A stretch of 63,957 nt of DNA, counting the filler, from Basidioascus undulatus (taxonomy: Eukaryota), in the NCBI GenBank assembly GCA_000826855.1. It is 3 parts of 3 records of this genome, joined end to end, with 100 filler letters (N's around TTAATTAATTAA, not from the genome) between each part and the next. Parts side by side here need not be neighbours in the genome. Positions count along the whole stretch, not along the records: positions 1 to 21,828 come from JTLS01000314.1; 2 more parts are not named here. One strand, given 5' to 3'. Position numbers and translations under genes: made by a program. Shown piece after piece: positions 1 to 12,217 of the stretch; position 1 is the first letter of the stretch; each line of letters starts with the position of its first letter. Below the pieces are notes generated by a model that was not told where the DNA came from, did no database searches, and saw only the letters and a list, made by a program, of their open reading frames with translations.

Positions 1-41
1 GAAATAGGACTGCAAAAGGTTGGAAGGGGTAGGATGGCGTT

Positions 42-2054
42 TCAAGTTGGGTGCAGTGTGAGGGACGCATGTCTGCTTGCTGCTCTGCCGTCTTTAAATG
101 AAGCAAAGCGACGCACCTTCCCGTTGGGAGATGTAGATCGTGGTGCAGTTCGCAGCGAGTGCTTCAATGCGCTGGAAGAGAGCATGTTCTGCTTCGGCGT
201 CTGTCGCCCAAAATCCGTAAAAAATTCAGTGACCACGTCCGAGAACTTTCAACCACTATGAAAAATCCTGCCCAAGCTCGAAGAAAGCTCGTCGAGCACC
301 ACCAGGTCGCAGTCCGGATGGAGGAACGCGCGGGACAGAGCGAGTCTCTGTAAATTTGTCGCGAGTCGGAAGATCCCGAACAAGCAACGGAGCAATGGGT
401 AGTCAGTGAAAGAACTTGCGCGCCATTGGCCACCGCTCAAAGCATGCGATGCCTCAGTCGCTCGACCGCCCTTCCACGGCCCCTTGACGACTTCGACGTT
501 CGTCGCGTTCTCGGCGCCCGGCCGACTCGACAGTCGCGTCTCGTACTTGTCTGGCAAGTTCTCGATGAACTCTGCTGCGCCGCCTTTCAGAGCGGCCTCC
601 TCGATCGCAGAAACAGATTCCACAAGCGCGAGTGGACGATGCCGACGTTGGTCCAGGCGGACATGTCGAGGCGAGCGAACTCTTGGAAGCACACGGTGGT
701 TCGCGTGCAGATCGTCCGGGTCGTATTTGTGGGCGTCGATACCGAATATGAGCAGCTCGCCGGAGGAATAGTCGAACCTGCAACGGGCGGATAAGCAAGA
801 AGCGCAGCCACACGGTCATCAACTTGCTCGCACAATCTCAGTAGAACTTTGACGAGCGTCGTTTTGCCTGAAAACAGCCAGAGAACCTCATTAGTCGTCT
901 CGATAACACTGCTGGTAAGGAAGCGAGTGATACCTGAGCCGTTCTTGCCGACGATAGCTATCGTCTGACCGGGCTCGATCTTGAGCGAGAAGTCGTGCAA
1001 GACGAGCTTCTCGCTGTTGTGGTACACATAGCTGTTGTTCCTGTAATATCCACAGACCCTTTTAGTGAGACTTGACGTTATAGATAGTCAGCGACGCAGC
1101 GTACCTCGCCTCGATGGCCATCCCACGTTTGCCGCTCGTCCGACCATCGTCTCGTAAGTCGCCGGCTTGCCGACAGGACGCATCGAGCCTCGCAGAACTG
1201 GGAGCTCGAAGAATGCCGAGATGAATAAGACGACTTGGAAAGTGTTAGTGTTACCGATGGACTCGAGAAGCTGCTTGCCAGTTCCGAGCAACATCGCGGC
1301 GTTGCTCTGAGAGATGCCGATGGTCCCGAGCGACATAGTTGACGAAGCGCGTGCAGGGCGAGGGCAGCCTGAGGATTCCAAGGTCAGTTATGCGGAGATC
1401 TAGGAGTGAACCCGTGAAACTAGAACAGGGTGTCGACTGACTCCCGGACGGACGTAAGAGTCAGGTCGCGGACTACGCTATCACGGACTTCCTGCGCTCG
1501 AGCAGTAAGCGCGCGAGAAGCGGCGGTGTACTGCTGAAGGATCCATTTCCTGGGATGTGTTCGAAAACCTCAGCTCCGCCATCTCCGCGACGACTTGATG
1601 TTCAGTGACGTACTTCAACCCAAACACCAGAACCTCCTTCAACAAAAACTCGTCCACATCCCTCCCCGCCGTCTCCTCCTCGAGCTCCCATAGCGCCGCC
1701 TCCCGCGGGAGCTCGAGCTCCCACAGGGAGAACTCCTCGACGAAGATCCGGGCCACGTGGAGCGCGAGCTTGTCCGCATGCTCACGGCGAGAGAGGCCCG
1801 CCAGCTGCGCGGGCAGGGTCGGCGCGGCGGACGCGGCGGTCGCGGCGGCGCTGGCGTGGTGTGCTCGTTTCGCTGTGGAGGGCAGGAGGGGTGAGTGAGT
1901 TGTATGAGATGGGGATGAGATTGAAGGTGTAACCTTCGCTGCAGCGGCCTTCTTGGCTGGTTCCCGACAGCAAAGTCAGTTTGGGCGCGTGAAGGAGGGA
2001 CGCGATGAGCGAGAGCAGCGGACGCACAGGGACGGCCGAGCGCGGAAACGGCAT
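42..2054 (-). pseudogene. ABC transporter (half-transporter-like), frameshifted/degenerate
   Basis: Walker A GKNGSG|KTT (intron-split), Q-loop VCFQEF, signature LSGGQW, Walker B VVLDELSSSL. Frame changes are needed near DLHA/TTVCFQ (~697) and NVGI/PLAL (~637). The H-loop reads ISQR instead of ISHR, and the membrane domain is short and decayed. Ends approximate. Confidence 0.75.
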
Positions 2055-2392
2055 GGTATGTGATCAAGTGAGTGTGTAAGTTACTGGTGACAAGAACGAA
2101 ACGAAGCGTCGTCGGCGCGGAGATCATGAGGCGTCTGTGGAGAACGAGCGTCGCCCGCGCTCGCAGCGGCTTGAATCCGCCCCATGGCGTATGGTAGTAA
2201 TACTATCCAGCGAGAAACCAGTGTCTTCTTCCACCCCCTCTGGAAAGTATACAAGATATCATTCTTAACAAGCACTCTCCCGAAGCTATACGCGTTTTCC
2301 AAATCCATCTCCGGCACCGTGATACTCACACGCTCTGAGCATGAAACACAACATGCATCCCTCTCCCCTCCCCCTTCACCCCTCCGCGCTCC

Positions 2393-4092
2393 TCACCGCC
2401 GCTTATAAATGCACGGCTTAAGCAATGCCTCGCCCCTTACCACCAGCTCCGCCGCGTCCTCCGCGCTCTCCCCCTCGCCCGCGCGCGGCTCCTTGACAAA
2501 GTCGAACAAGATGAAGTGCGTGTTGGAGTCGTCCTGTGGACAGGACGACAGAATGCTCAGTCAGTCGAAGAAAGAGAGGGAGAGGGGAGCGGAGGGAGAG
2601 GTGAAGAGGGTGAAGGTGGCATGTGATAGATGGAGGGAGGGAGGAAGGAAGGGAAAGGGGCGCGCACCTTGAACGTCAGACGGAAGCCAAGGGAGATGAT
2701 GAGCGCCACGAAAGCCTTGACGTCCGTGAACCTCGACGAAACCTCCGCAATATGGAGTTTCCCTCTGCCCGGCCCCGACTGCATCAGCCTCTCTCCTCCT
2801 CCTCACCTCTCATGACTACTCACCCGTCCAAAAGCACCCTCCTCCCCTCCCTTACAACCCCCACCCAATTTTTGCCCATCAGACTCAAACAACAAACCAC
2901 CGCGTCCGCGACCCCACTGGGGAGCGGGACGTGGCTGGCGGTATCGCACGGGACTACCAGGCCCGCGCCGGTCGGGTCCACCAGGTCGAACGAGAGGACC
3001 TTGTGCTGCGGGAGAAGGCGCGCGAGGGACGCGGGGCCGGAGCCGAGGTCCGCTACTAGTTGGCGGGCCGGCAGGGAGGACAGCGAGCGGGATATGAGGT
3101 GGAGCGGGTTGGTGGGCCAGGATTGGGTCTGCGAGAGAGCGGGTGAGCAGGGGAAGGAAGGCGGGAGGGGAGGGGCGGACCTGGTGCGAGAAGCCTTGGT
3201 GATACTGCCCGAAAGGGTGGGGCGGTAAGTGGGGAGTTTTGCGGGAGGACGGGGAGGGATGGGGACGACGGACCTCCTCAAACACCGACGGGTCCTTCTG
3301 CATCATCTCGAACGCCTCCTGCGAGCTCGTCGTATACAGCTGCTCGTTGATCCACCTGCCCCATCCCCCCACACACCATCCCATCAGCACCCCACTACCA
3401 TCTCCCACCCTTTACCCCCTCCTCGTCTTGGAAACACACCTGAACCGCGCCCCCGACAAGCTCTTCTTCATCTTCTCCTGCAGGGCCGTGACAGCCGGGC
3501 CCGCCTGCACCTCCTTCTTCTTCCCCTCCTCCTTCTTCTTCCCCTCCTTCCCCTTCTCCTCCGCCGCCTCCGCCAGAACCGGAACCGCCTCCTTCTCTTC
3601 CACCCCAGCCTCAGCCCGCGCTGCCTTCGCAGCCGCCTGACGCGCCTTCTTCGCAGCGCGCTTCGAGAGCTGGCCGTCAGTGGGCGCGGGGCCGGAGGCG
3701 CGCTTGGCGGGGGAAGAGGTAGACTCGGACGGGCCTGGCTTCTCAACTTGTTTCCCCTTCTTCTCCTTCTTCCCCTGCTCCATGTTTCTCTGGTCCTTCT
3801 TATCCTGCTTCGGCCCCGGCCCCTGCGCCTTGCCCTTCCCCTCGTCCTCGCGCCTAGCCTTCTTCTCCGCCGGCCCCCTTTCCTCTTTCCCCTTGCCCTT
3901 CTTCCCCTTCCCCTCCCCCTCCATCGCCTCCATCTTCTGCATCAGCTTCTCCAAATTGATCGCCGCGCCCGCGACCTTCGCGTCCGCGCCCCCCGCGGCC
4001 GCTGCCTCGCTGGGACGCTTGCGCTTCTTGTTTGACCCTGGCTCGGGCGCGGGCGCGGGGGGGAGGGCGAAGGGGGTTTCGAATAGCGCCAT
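2393..4092 (-). CDS. RRP8: 25S rRNA (adenine-N1) methyltransferase Rrp8, multi-exon
   Basis: Lys-rich N-terminus, then LSGARFR|WINEQLYT, WPTNP, VADLGSGPASLA, SFDLV, VCCLSLMG, LHIAEVSSRF and C-terminal PCIYKRR*, the typical Rrp8 motif set. Confidence 0.93.
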
Positions 4093-4888
4093 GGCGGTTT
4101 GGGGGGAGGCCGGAGGGGGAGATGAGGGAGGGGCTGCCGGGGCGAGGGTGAGAGGGAGGGGACCAGCGGAGAAGACGCCGGACGGAACGGAGACTTTTGG
4201 GCTTTCGGCGTTAGGGTCGAGTTCATACTGGACAGCTTGACAGCTCCAGGACATCTGACGTCAGGAATGCCAACCAAGCTCGGCATCGAACACCAGGTAA
4301 TGATATGGCAACAAGCAACAGCGAAGCGATGAGAACAAACAACAGATCTAGTACAGGATGAGGATGAGGATGACAGCGCATGAAGGACCGGAGCGAGCGA
4401 GGGCATGGACGGAGGTGTAAGGGACGCATACAGGCAGTGAGGGAGATGGAGAAAGAAGTCCGGGTGATGAGGTGTGATGACGATGATGAGGATGAAGATG
4501 AGAGGAATGTCTCTTGGATGCTATGGATGTGGATGTGGATGTTGGTGAGGGTGGTGTGCGGTGCGATGCGAGTGAGGAAAGATGAGTGTGATGCGAGCGG
4601 GTGCGGGTGTCAAGGTTAGCGTGCGTCGTTGCGGGGTGTGGCGGCAAGCGAAAGCGATGGTGGGGGTTGCGGATAACGGATAATGTTAGAATCTGTCGCA
4701 GCAGGGGAGCGATGAGAAATGAGGGTGAGCGACGGCCGGACTTGGGTCGATAGGGGCAGGGCTAGTAGAGCGTACGGTACGAGAATGTGCTGTTATAATG
4801 AAGAATCGCGTGGGAGCTCCGACGTGTGGGGGAACTTCTCAGATGGAAGCTACTGGGTTGAGGGAAGTTCTAGATTCAGCTCGGGACG

Positions 4889-5725
4889 TCATGAAGCAGC
4901 GGAAGAAGGGAGGGAAGACGCACGGGAGGAGGTGGACCGCGCCCCGCCGATGCAGACGAGGAGCTCGTCCGTGTGGAAGGGGCACCCGACGCCGTACGCC
5001 GAGAGCGGGAGGTCGTCCTGGAGTGGCGTGGCTGCGCGGGCCGGGGCGCTAACGCGCCGCTTGAGCGCAAGATCCTCGTCGACCTCGGGCGGGGGGAGGA
5101 GGATGTCGATGTGCTGCGCGTCGAGGCCGAGGCGCGGGAGGTCGAGTGCGGAGGAGAGGTAGGACTTGAGCTGCGCAACGGTGGAGGACGCCGGGGCGGC
5201 GTGGGACAGGGAGCCGAGCGGCGGGGATAAGGGCGAGGGGAGGACGGTGAGGTGCAGGTGCGCTGTGGGCGGGAAGGCGCGTGTGTAGGGCAGGCGCGGC
5301 GTCGCGGGTGGGGAGACGGAGGGTGTGGAGGAGGATGGGGAGGAGGATGAGGGTGGTGGGAAGAGGGAGAGGACGAGCTCGGGTCTGGAGAAGGTCGCGG
5401 ACGGGAGGAGAGGCGAGAGAGGGCGACCCGCCCCGAACGGACGGGACCCGACGACCTCCTGCTCATCCGCGTCGCCCGGCCAGCACGGGGGGATAGCCGA
5501 CTCGCTCACGGCGCAGGCCGTGAAGAGGCTGAGGTTGCGGACTGCCTGGCTGTGTCTCAGTGGCCCGCCGATGGACCCCCTGGGATGGGGTGCGGGCGCA
5601 GGGGGCGGGGGCGGCGAGGAGGGCGGGCGGCGCGCGAGCTGGGTCGGGGGCGTGCCTTTGAGGTGGGGATGGTGGTAAGACGCTCTTGAGGGCGTCGGTG
5701 GCGGTGTGAGGGGAGCAAAGGACAT
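4889..5725 (-). CDS. Pro/Ser-rich protein with C-terminal ubiquitin-like domain (single exon)
   Basis: Uninterrupted ORF from MSFAPLTPP. C-terminal STVAQLKSYL...LQDDLPLSAYGV resembles beta-grasp UBL patterns. Confidence 0.55.
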   Translation of the reverse strand: MSFAPLTPPPTPSRASYHHPHLKGTPPTQLARRPPSSPPPPPAPAPHPRGSIGGPLRHSQAVRNLSLFTACAVSESAIPPCWPGDADEQEVVGSRPFGAGRPLSPLLPSATFSRPELVLSLFPPPSSSSPSSSTPSVSPPATPRLPYTRAFPPTAHLHLTVLPSPLSPPLGSLSHAAPASSTVAQLKSYLSSALDLPRLGLDAQHIDILLPPPEVDEDLALKRRVSAPARAATPLQDDLPLSAYGVGCPFHTDELLVCIGGARSTSSRASSLPSSAAS

Positions 5726-7180
5726 TGTGTGAGATGGGAGAGATGGGCGATGGGCAGGGGCAGAGGGCGAGGATAATGATAATGCTCGTGGGAATGATGC
5801 AACGCGCGTGGCTCGATACGACGACGGGATTGTGCTGCTGATCGGGGGCGAGGGAGGGAATGGCAGAATCAATACTCAGAATAGAAGAGAGAGGGGCAGG
5901 ATCAAGATGGGTCTGCGGCGGTTAAGTAAGGCGAAAGAGGCGAGCGAGCGAGGCCATGAAGGCAGGCAGGGCCTTCCCAGGACAGTCGGTGATGGTGAGC
6001 GCGAGCGTGAGCAAGCGAGCGAGCCGCGGAAAAGGCCAAAATCCGCTCCCCCGGCTCACGAGGAGCGCCACACCAACTTTAACTCGCCCGACTCTATCAT
6101 CCGCCCTTCTACACATACACTACGCCTCACCCTTCCTCGCCTCGAGAGTCGACTGTCGGGCACACCCCAAACATGGCGCCTGGCGTCTGCCACACCCGCC
6201 GCGCCCTCTTTGTCGCTGTCTGCACAGACTCTTTTGTACAGAGGTTTCTTATCGCACACGAGGACAATAGAGATGGTCTCGCCCGCAGTGCAGGCAGGTA
6301 ATAGAACAAAAGCCGACGGAAAGCCGCTTCGGACACTGCATTGGACAGTCCGTCGCATTGTCCACTTCCCTCTCTCCTCCTCCTCGTACCACAGTGTGAG
6401 CAGGGTGCGTCTCAGGGATTATCACCCCTACAAACCTAAGCACCTTATCAAACAAGCTCCGCCCACTCCTCTTCCTCCCCTAAAGCCACCGCGCAGCGGC
6501 CGCAGAGTTTGCCAATAAAGCCGCCGGTCTTCTCTCTTCCTCCCCTCCCTCCGCAGGCGTCCGAGCTAACTAGCACATGAACGTGGGTCCACAGAAAACA
6601 GCGAGCCGGTTCAGCTTGCTTACGCTAAGGTCGAGCGCCTGGGGCCCCTGCACTCCGCGGAGTCGCTCGCGCCCTGTCAGCCTCAGGGTACGCCTTGGTC
6701 GTTCTCGCAGCGCTGTATGCCGGCGCCAGCACCCCTCTGGCTGGCCGCGGGTGGCCGGTTTAGCATAAGGTACACTGCGAGCTCGAGAGCTGCATGCATA
6801 CATCGATGTAACGCCTTTGAAAGTAAATGGAATGGGTGACTCTGACAGACGACAGCCGCCGAGCGAGCGGCTTCCCGAGCGCACGGCCATCTTCCATCCC
6901 ATTTCGCTCCCTCCGTGCCCTCCAGCTTCACGCCTTATCGCGACTGATCTCCACGCTTCGGTACCTTGCCCTGCGAACCTGGGACAGGAATTCCCCGACG
7001 TCGAGTCGGGTCGATTGCTTCCCGCACGTTCCCGCCTCGACTCAACCCAGCTTCCTTTCGAAGGCCCTCTTCTCACTTCCTGAAATCACACTGCACAGTC
7101 GTCCTGCCAGGCTGGAGGATCTTTCTGGTGGAAGGAGCTGGGGGATGGGGCAGCCCACGGGCCCCCGGACTCGTGCCCGC

Positions 7181-7230
7181 GCACAGACGCACAGACGCAC
7201 AGACGCACAGACGCACAGACGCACAGACGC
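7181..7230. repeat. Tandem repeat (GCACAGAC)x6
   Basis: Six perfect 8-nt units seen directly. Confidence 0.95.
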
Positions 7231-9723
7231 CCATTCACAGAGTTCAAATAACACCGACAAGGTCGCTGCGTTCCCTGTTGAAGAACTCTCTCTCGTTTCA
7301 CGGCTCCAGTGGCAGTGGAAGGTTGGGAGGGAGTGCGGTTTCATCTTGTCGCGCTCAAGCAGCAAGGCTGCACGGCTTCCAGAAAGGAACACCGCGTCCT
7401 CGGGGCCTCGTGACCCCACGACGAAGCTCACACACCCTCAACCCCGGCAGCTCAGAGTGGGATTTTAGCGCTGCTAGCTGACCTCGGCGATAATCGCGGA
7501 GACTACCCGGATAACTCCGGAGATCCCCTCAGCAGGGTGTGTTTGGCCGCTGCGGACCGAGCTGATCGCAGCATCTTTCTTCGATACCCGGAAGCTCGTA
7601 CTGGGTTGTTCCTACCCATAATTAAAACGGAAACAGAACCTGGGTGGGACTGGATAAAAGAGGAAAAGACCAGTCCCGAGTTCGCGGGTCGGCGCTGCCA
7701 ATGGAAGGCAAGTGCCCGCCCGCTGGTGCGGATGGTAGCGGCAAGCTTGCGGTTGTGGAGGGTGAGGATCTCGGGCGACGGGGAGAAACCGGGGCGTGAA
7801 CTGAGGGAAGCTGCAACTTGAGTCTTGGACTCTTGGGATGCTTCAAAATTGGGACCGGGCCGGATGTGTTTAGATGGGAAATGGAGAGGGGTGTCGGGGG
7901 AAGCAGGAAACTGGATGAGTTGGGTGGTTGGGTGCCGACTGTGGGTCGCCATGCACTTGGTTGAGGTCGAGCAGGTTGGGCCATGATAAAATGCTGTACC
8001 ATGGGTCAATCAAGAAAAGGCATAAGGAAATATTTGGTACTTGCTAACACCTCCATCCTGAAGTCACAACGCATTCTCGAAACGGGAAATGCCGTTCTTG
8101 CCGGCTGCAGTCTGGAGACCGGGATAGCGCCGACAGTGGCTCTATACCAAACGAGGCAATGCCGATCACCTCCCGACTCTACAATTCAAATCTGAGAACC
8201 CAAAAGAGACCACTTTCCGCGAAGCCGGATGGAGAGTACCTCGTTAGCAGGCCAGCTTTCGACTGCGCCGGGCAAGACGTGCTCCTTTTCCCCATACGCC
8301 ATCAAACATATCTGATCGTGCTCCTCGAGTATCTTGGGAAAGCCACAGGAACACCACCCTAGTTTCAACACCCCCGGGTCCTGCAAGCTCGTGGATACGA
8401 GACAACTCTATGCTCACGCGATGTTGCTCAATCTCCGCTGTAGCGAGAGCAAGCGAGAGGCATGCAGCGGCGCTGCCGCTGCACATGCCCATAACCTTGT
8501 TTTGAAAGCTCCCGGTGTTGATGCATGCCAGACTTTCCTGAAAGTTGAATGTGAGTTATGGGACCTTGCAAAACCCCTCGGGTTCAATGACGCACCAAAC
8601 TTGGAGGAGTCCTGCTTATCGGGCGCGTCTGCGCGATCGGAATGTCAACAAACTCATGTAGCTGCACGCGACGACGACGCTGATGGCTGCCTCGTTTCCA
8701 AGCTTCGTGTTGTTGGTTTAATCTGTCGACGATTGGACTGAGAGCTTGATGGTGAGAGGCTCTGGAATGGGTTCCGCCGCTGCGGGCCCACAGTCGACGA
8801 TCGATTGTAAGAACGGTAGTCGGCAGGCATGCAGCGGGGGAGCTTTGTGGATGACCGGCTTCTGGTAGAGTCCTCTGACGAGGGTTCAGGTGGGCCCGCT
8901 GTGAGATGAGTGATAGGGGCAGATGATTTTGCCACCTTCTTAGTAAGGGGGGTGGGTGGGACTGCATGACGGCGGCGAGCACGAGAGTGTCCACATCCGG
9001 CACGACAGTCATGGAGCATCCTATATTTTTATCCACCCTTTGTATGCGTACATATACAGACTCTCATATTCTTAAACTGACCTTTCACAGAGGCTGCGGC
9101 AAGCGCTACCTTGGAGGTCTCAAAAGAGACACTGATGAACGGGTGAAAACCGCAAGCAAGCCCCAAAGGAAAGCCTGCAATCAAGTGTCAGTAGAGCTAT
9201 GGAGACGTAACAGCATTGGATATAAAAAACATTGTCCACATCAGAAGTGACATCTTCCCCCGTGTCTGGACATGCATCGCCTTTCAGGCATCGCTCTGTT
9301 TTCTTAGATCATCCTCAACGGTACCTCCAGGAACCCCATCAACTTAAATTCCAAGCTCGAGATCACTGATCAGCAAGAACTGAACGCTTTGTTGGGTCAC
9401 GCCATTGGCGGCCCACTATGCTCACCGAGTTTTGTCCCAAGGCGCTGTATTCAAACAGCGGTACTGTCCGGGGTTGCCGCCGCGCCCTCTCGGAATGTGT
9501 GAATAAAATATTCCACCATGTAGGTGAGCAATTCCATGCAGGAGTAGAAGCCTCAGTGCCGTGGCTATGGAGAATCAGAGCTGGAGTCTGTACGCTGTCA
9601 TAGGTCGCTTTGCCTCGCTGGATAAACTGTAGATGCACGACGCGAAGGCTCTTCCTCCAATCCTTCATGCTGATCTGAATGTTAACTTTGGGCTGCCAGT
9701 TCAATTTCTGGCCGTCAAAGATG

Positions 9724-10898
9724 TTATCGACACCAACACCATGCATGTACGTCCCTCGCGTTGCCCACTTGCGTCCCTCCCTCTACAACTCGTCGTTGAA
9801 CACCTACGCGAACAGCCTTCGAATCCTCGTCCAACAGCTTTATCCCGCAGCGCCCAAGCTTCGAGCTCACCTTGAGTGCCCTGCCTAGTAGCCCGTTGTT
9901 CGCCGTCGCTTCCCAAGTAAACTTGCCACGTTTCGACCGCAGAAGAAAAAAATAAGGCTCGAAGGTTTGGAAGACGAGCCAGATAGAGCCGGTCAAAAAC
10001 GCGTTCAGTACGCTCAAGTAATTGTCAGAGGTTTTGGACACGACTAGGGTAATGATGGCTAAAATGGGCGGAAATGGTGCCGTGAGATCCTGTGTCGGGA
10101 ACGAGGACCAGAGCCGAAGCTTAAGATGCTGCAAGTTTGCACAAAGCTTCAAAATGGCTGCGACGTCTGTATCGACATGGTTGACAGTGAGGGTTAGATA
10201 GCTCAGTTGTTTGCCATGCTCGACGAAGAAGTCGTTGAAATGCTCGGGGGTTTGATCCTCCTTATCGATCATCAAACTCCGGAGAGCCCTGAATGTTGCG
10301 TTGCAAATGCAGAAGACCGAACCAGCGGGTGGCCTCTGTAAAAGCCTGATTGAGCGAAAGCCTCACAAGAATGGGAAGTACGATTAGTGGCAGCTTTTCT
10401 AAGAGCTCTACAGCGGAAGCATTGAGCTCAAGGTAGCGGAGTTGCATGAACCGGTTATTATGAGCTCGGCCCTGGCCTGAGGCAGGTCAATGTCGACAGT
10501 GAGCAGGCGGAGGGTGCTGACGCAGATAACGCTCATTGCATCGAGAGTCTTCAAACCACGTCAACGTAGAGGGGAGCTCTCTAACATGGGGCTTAGCGGC
10601 GAAGCACGATGTTCCGAACGCAGAACGGCTTCGTAGAGACGCTCGATCGAAGACACAGAGCGCGAAACAATCGTAAAGGCGAGGTGGATTTGAGCAAGCG
10701 GCTTTGACCAGACACAATGTCTCCTTCCAGAAACGACAGTATCTCTCGAGGAGGACGACGTCTCACATGAAGCTCCTTGCATACGAGCGGGAGAGCGCAA
10801 CGAGTCGCTCCGGCTTCCGGGCTCATCCCCGCCGTCGCGAATGCCAGGATGGTTGAGGTTACCTCTGGAGGTAGGATTTGAAGTGGGCTGGCGTTCAT
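9724..10898 (-). pseudogene. F-box/LRR-like gene, frameshifted
   Basis: N-terminal F-box-like LQILPPEVTSTILAFA...LPLVCKELH. LRR-like segments (QLRYLEL, QLSYLTL, NLQHLKL) are spread over different frames. 3' end approximate. Confidence 0.6.
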
Positions 10899-12217
10899 TC
10901 TGGTACTGGAGTGTGAGGTAGCCTGAGTAAGGCTGGGCGGTGGTGGGGAAGGGATGGAGCGTTGGGGCGGTGAGGAGTGGCCCGGACGACTACTGAATGT
11001 TCGCGGTCTCATAGGTCACGGCCTGCGGACGCCGTTCATTCCCGGAATGTACCGATCTGTGCAAGCTTCCATTAATTCTTGCAAGACCCACGCAGGCGAT
11101 TACCTTCATGCGGAAGCTGGATTTGCGTGCGTCCAGTGGACCACTGTTGTTGATGAAACAAGAGCTCGGACTACACTGACAAAAACTTCAGGCCAATCAC
11201 AGTATGGCTGTAATGAACTTCACCGCGTATCGAGACAGGGCTTCTGCTTCAAAGTCTCCAAACCCTTCCACATCCCTCACTACCACCTGAGCCCAGCAGA
11301 GTGGGGGTTTTGAATGACCCCTGTTTATGAATTTTTAACCCTAAGTTCTCCTGTTTCATTCAGTGCTTGTATCACCCCAAGAAATTAGTGTAAGCTGTGT
11401 GTTGGGGAAGCTATACGGCACTGCGGACATGTGGACACTGCGTCGATGCGGTAACCCGCATGCTGGGTGGTTCAGTTCTCAATTTCACGTTCACCTGCTT
11501 CAGTGTGTTCTATGGGATAAAGCTTCCTTTTCAGAACAGCGGAATAGCCAGAGAGACAAAGATCCAGGACCAGTCGTAGAGACTGTGCGGCCAAGGAAGG
11601 TACGGCTGCAGAAGACGTACTTCCTCTCGCATTTCAGGCGAATTCGGTTGGCTATACTTGGGCCTTACACACAAATCATATTGATCTACTTAGAATTGAC
11701 GGATGCATTCTGCATTCCAATTCAGGACTTTCCCCCCAGTGCTACGTGCCTTCACGCCGAGGAAGAGAGCAGACATTGGCGAAAGGTCGTCGCTCAGGTG
11801 TCAACTGTAGGTGAATTCCAGAGAAACGACCATTAGGCAAAGAAAGGTCTACACGATAATGTCCCTCGGAGCTCTGTAAGAAGATGCAGTACCGTGGACA
11901 CTACCAGGCTGCGCTGAGGTTTGCAGTGGGTTGTGGCTGGCGGGCTCTTACCGCTACTCCGCGGCTGAGCTTGCTTGCTCGGAAGAATAAGATGTATACT
12001 TAGATTTTTGTTTAGAATATCTGGTATTCAAACTGCTTGCAGCCCATCGAAAGGCAGCCGTTATGACCGCGTCGAAGCTGAGACAAACGCTCAAGCGCGT
12101 GAACGGCGCGACCCCCAGCGCTCGTGCGCTCGCGAGCCCACCTTGAACCTCACCATCATCATCTCGGCTCACGCATACTCACGCTCCTCTGACTAACCCC
12201 TCACCGATCGCGCCGAT

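Noticed and set aside
6270..6305. Minus-strand TATTACCTG...AGACCAT resembling snR30/U17 m1/m2
   Set aside because: The motifs are imperfect, and there is no basal stem or ACA box at the expected distance.
7181..7230. 8-nt tandem repeat, plus short duplications at ~36293-36332 and ~58148-58177, as CRISPR-like or functional arrays
   Set aside because: No spacers; these are simple slippage repeats in a eukaryote.
6570..9300. Several 100-200 aa ORFs, including a possible decayed secreted-protein gene near 8186-9019 (minus strand)
   Set aside because: No recognisable domain and no consistent spliced model.
11336..11344. TAACCCTAA, a telomerase-RNA template-like 9-mer
   Set aside because: One 9-mer in 64 kb on two strands is expected by chance, and no supporting TER structure was recognised.
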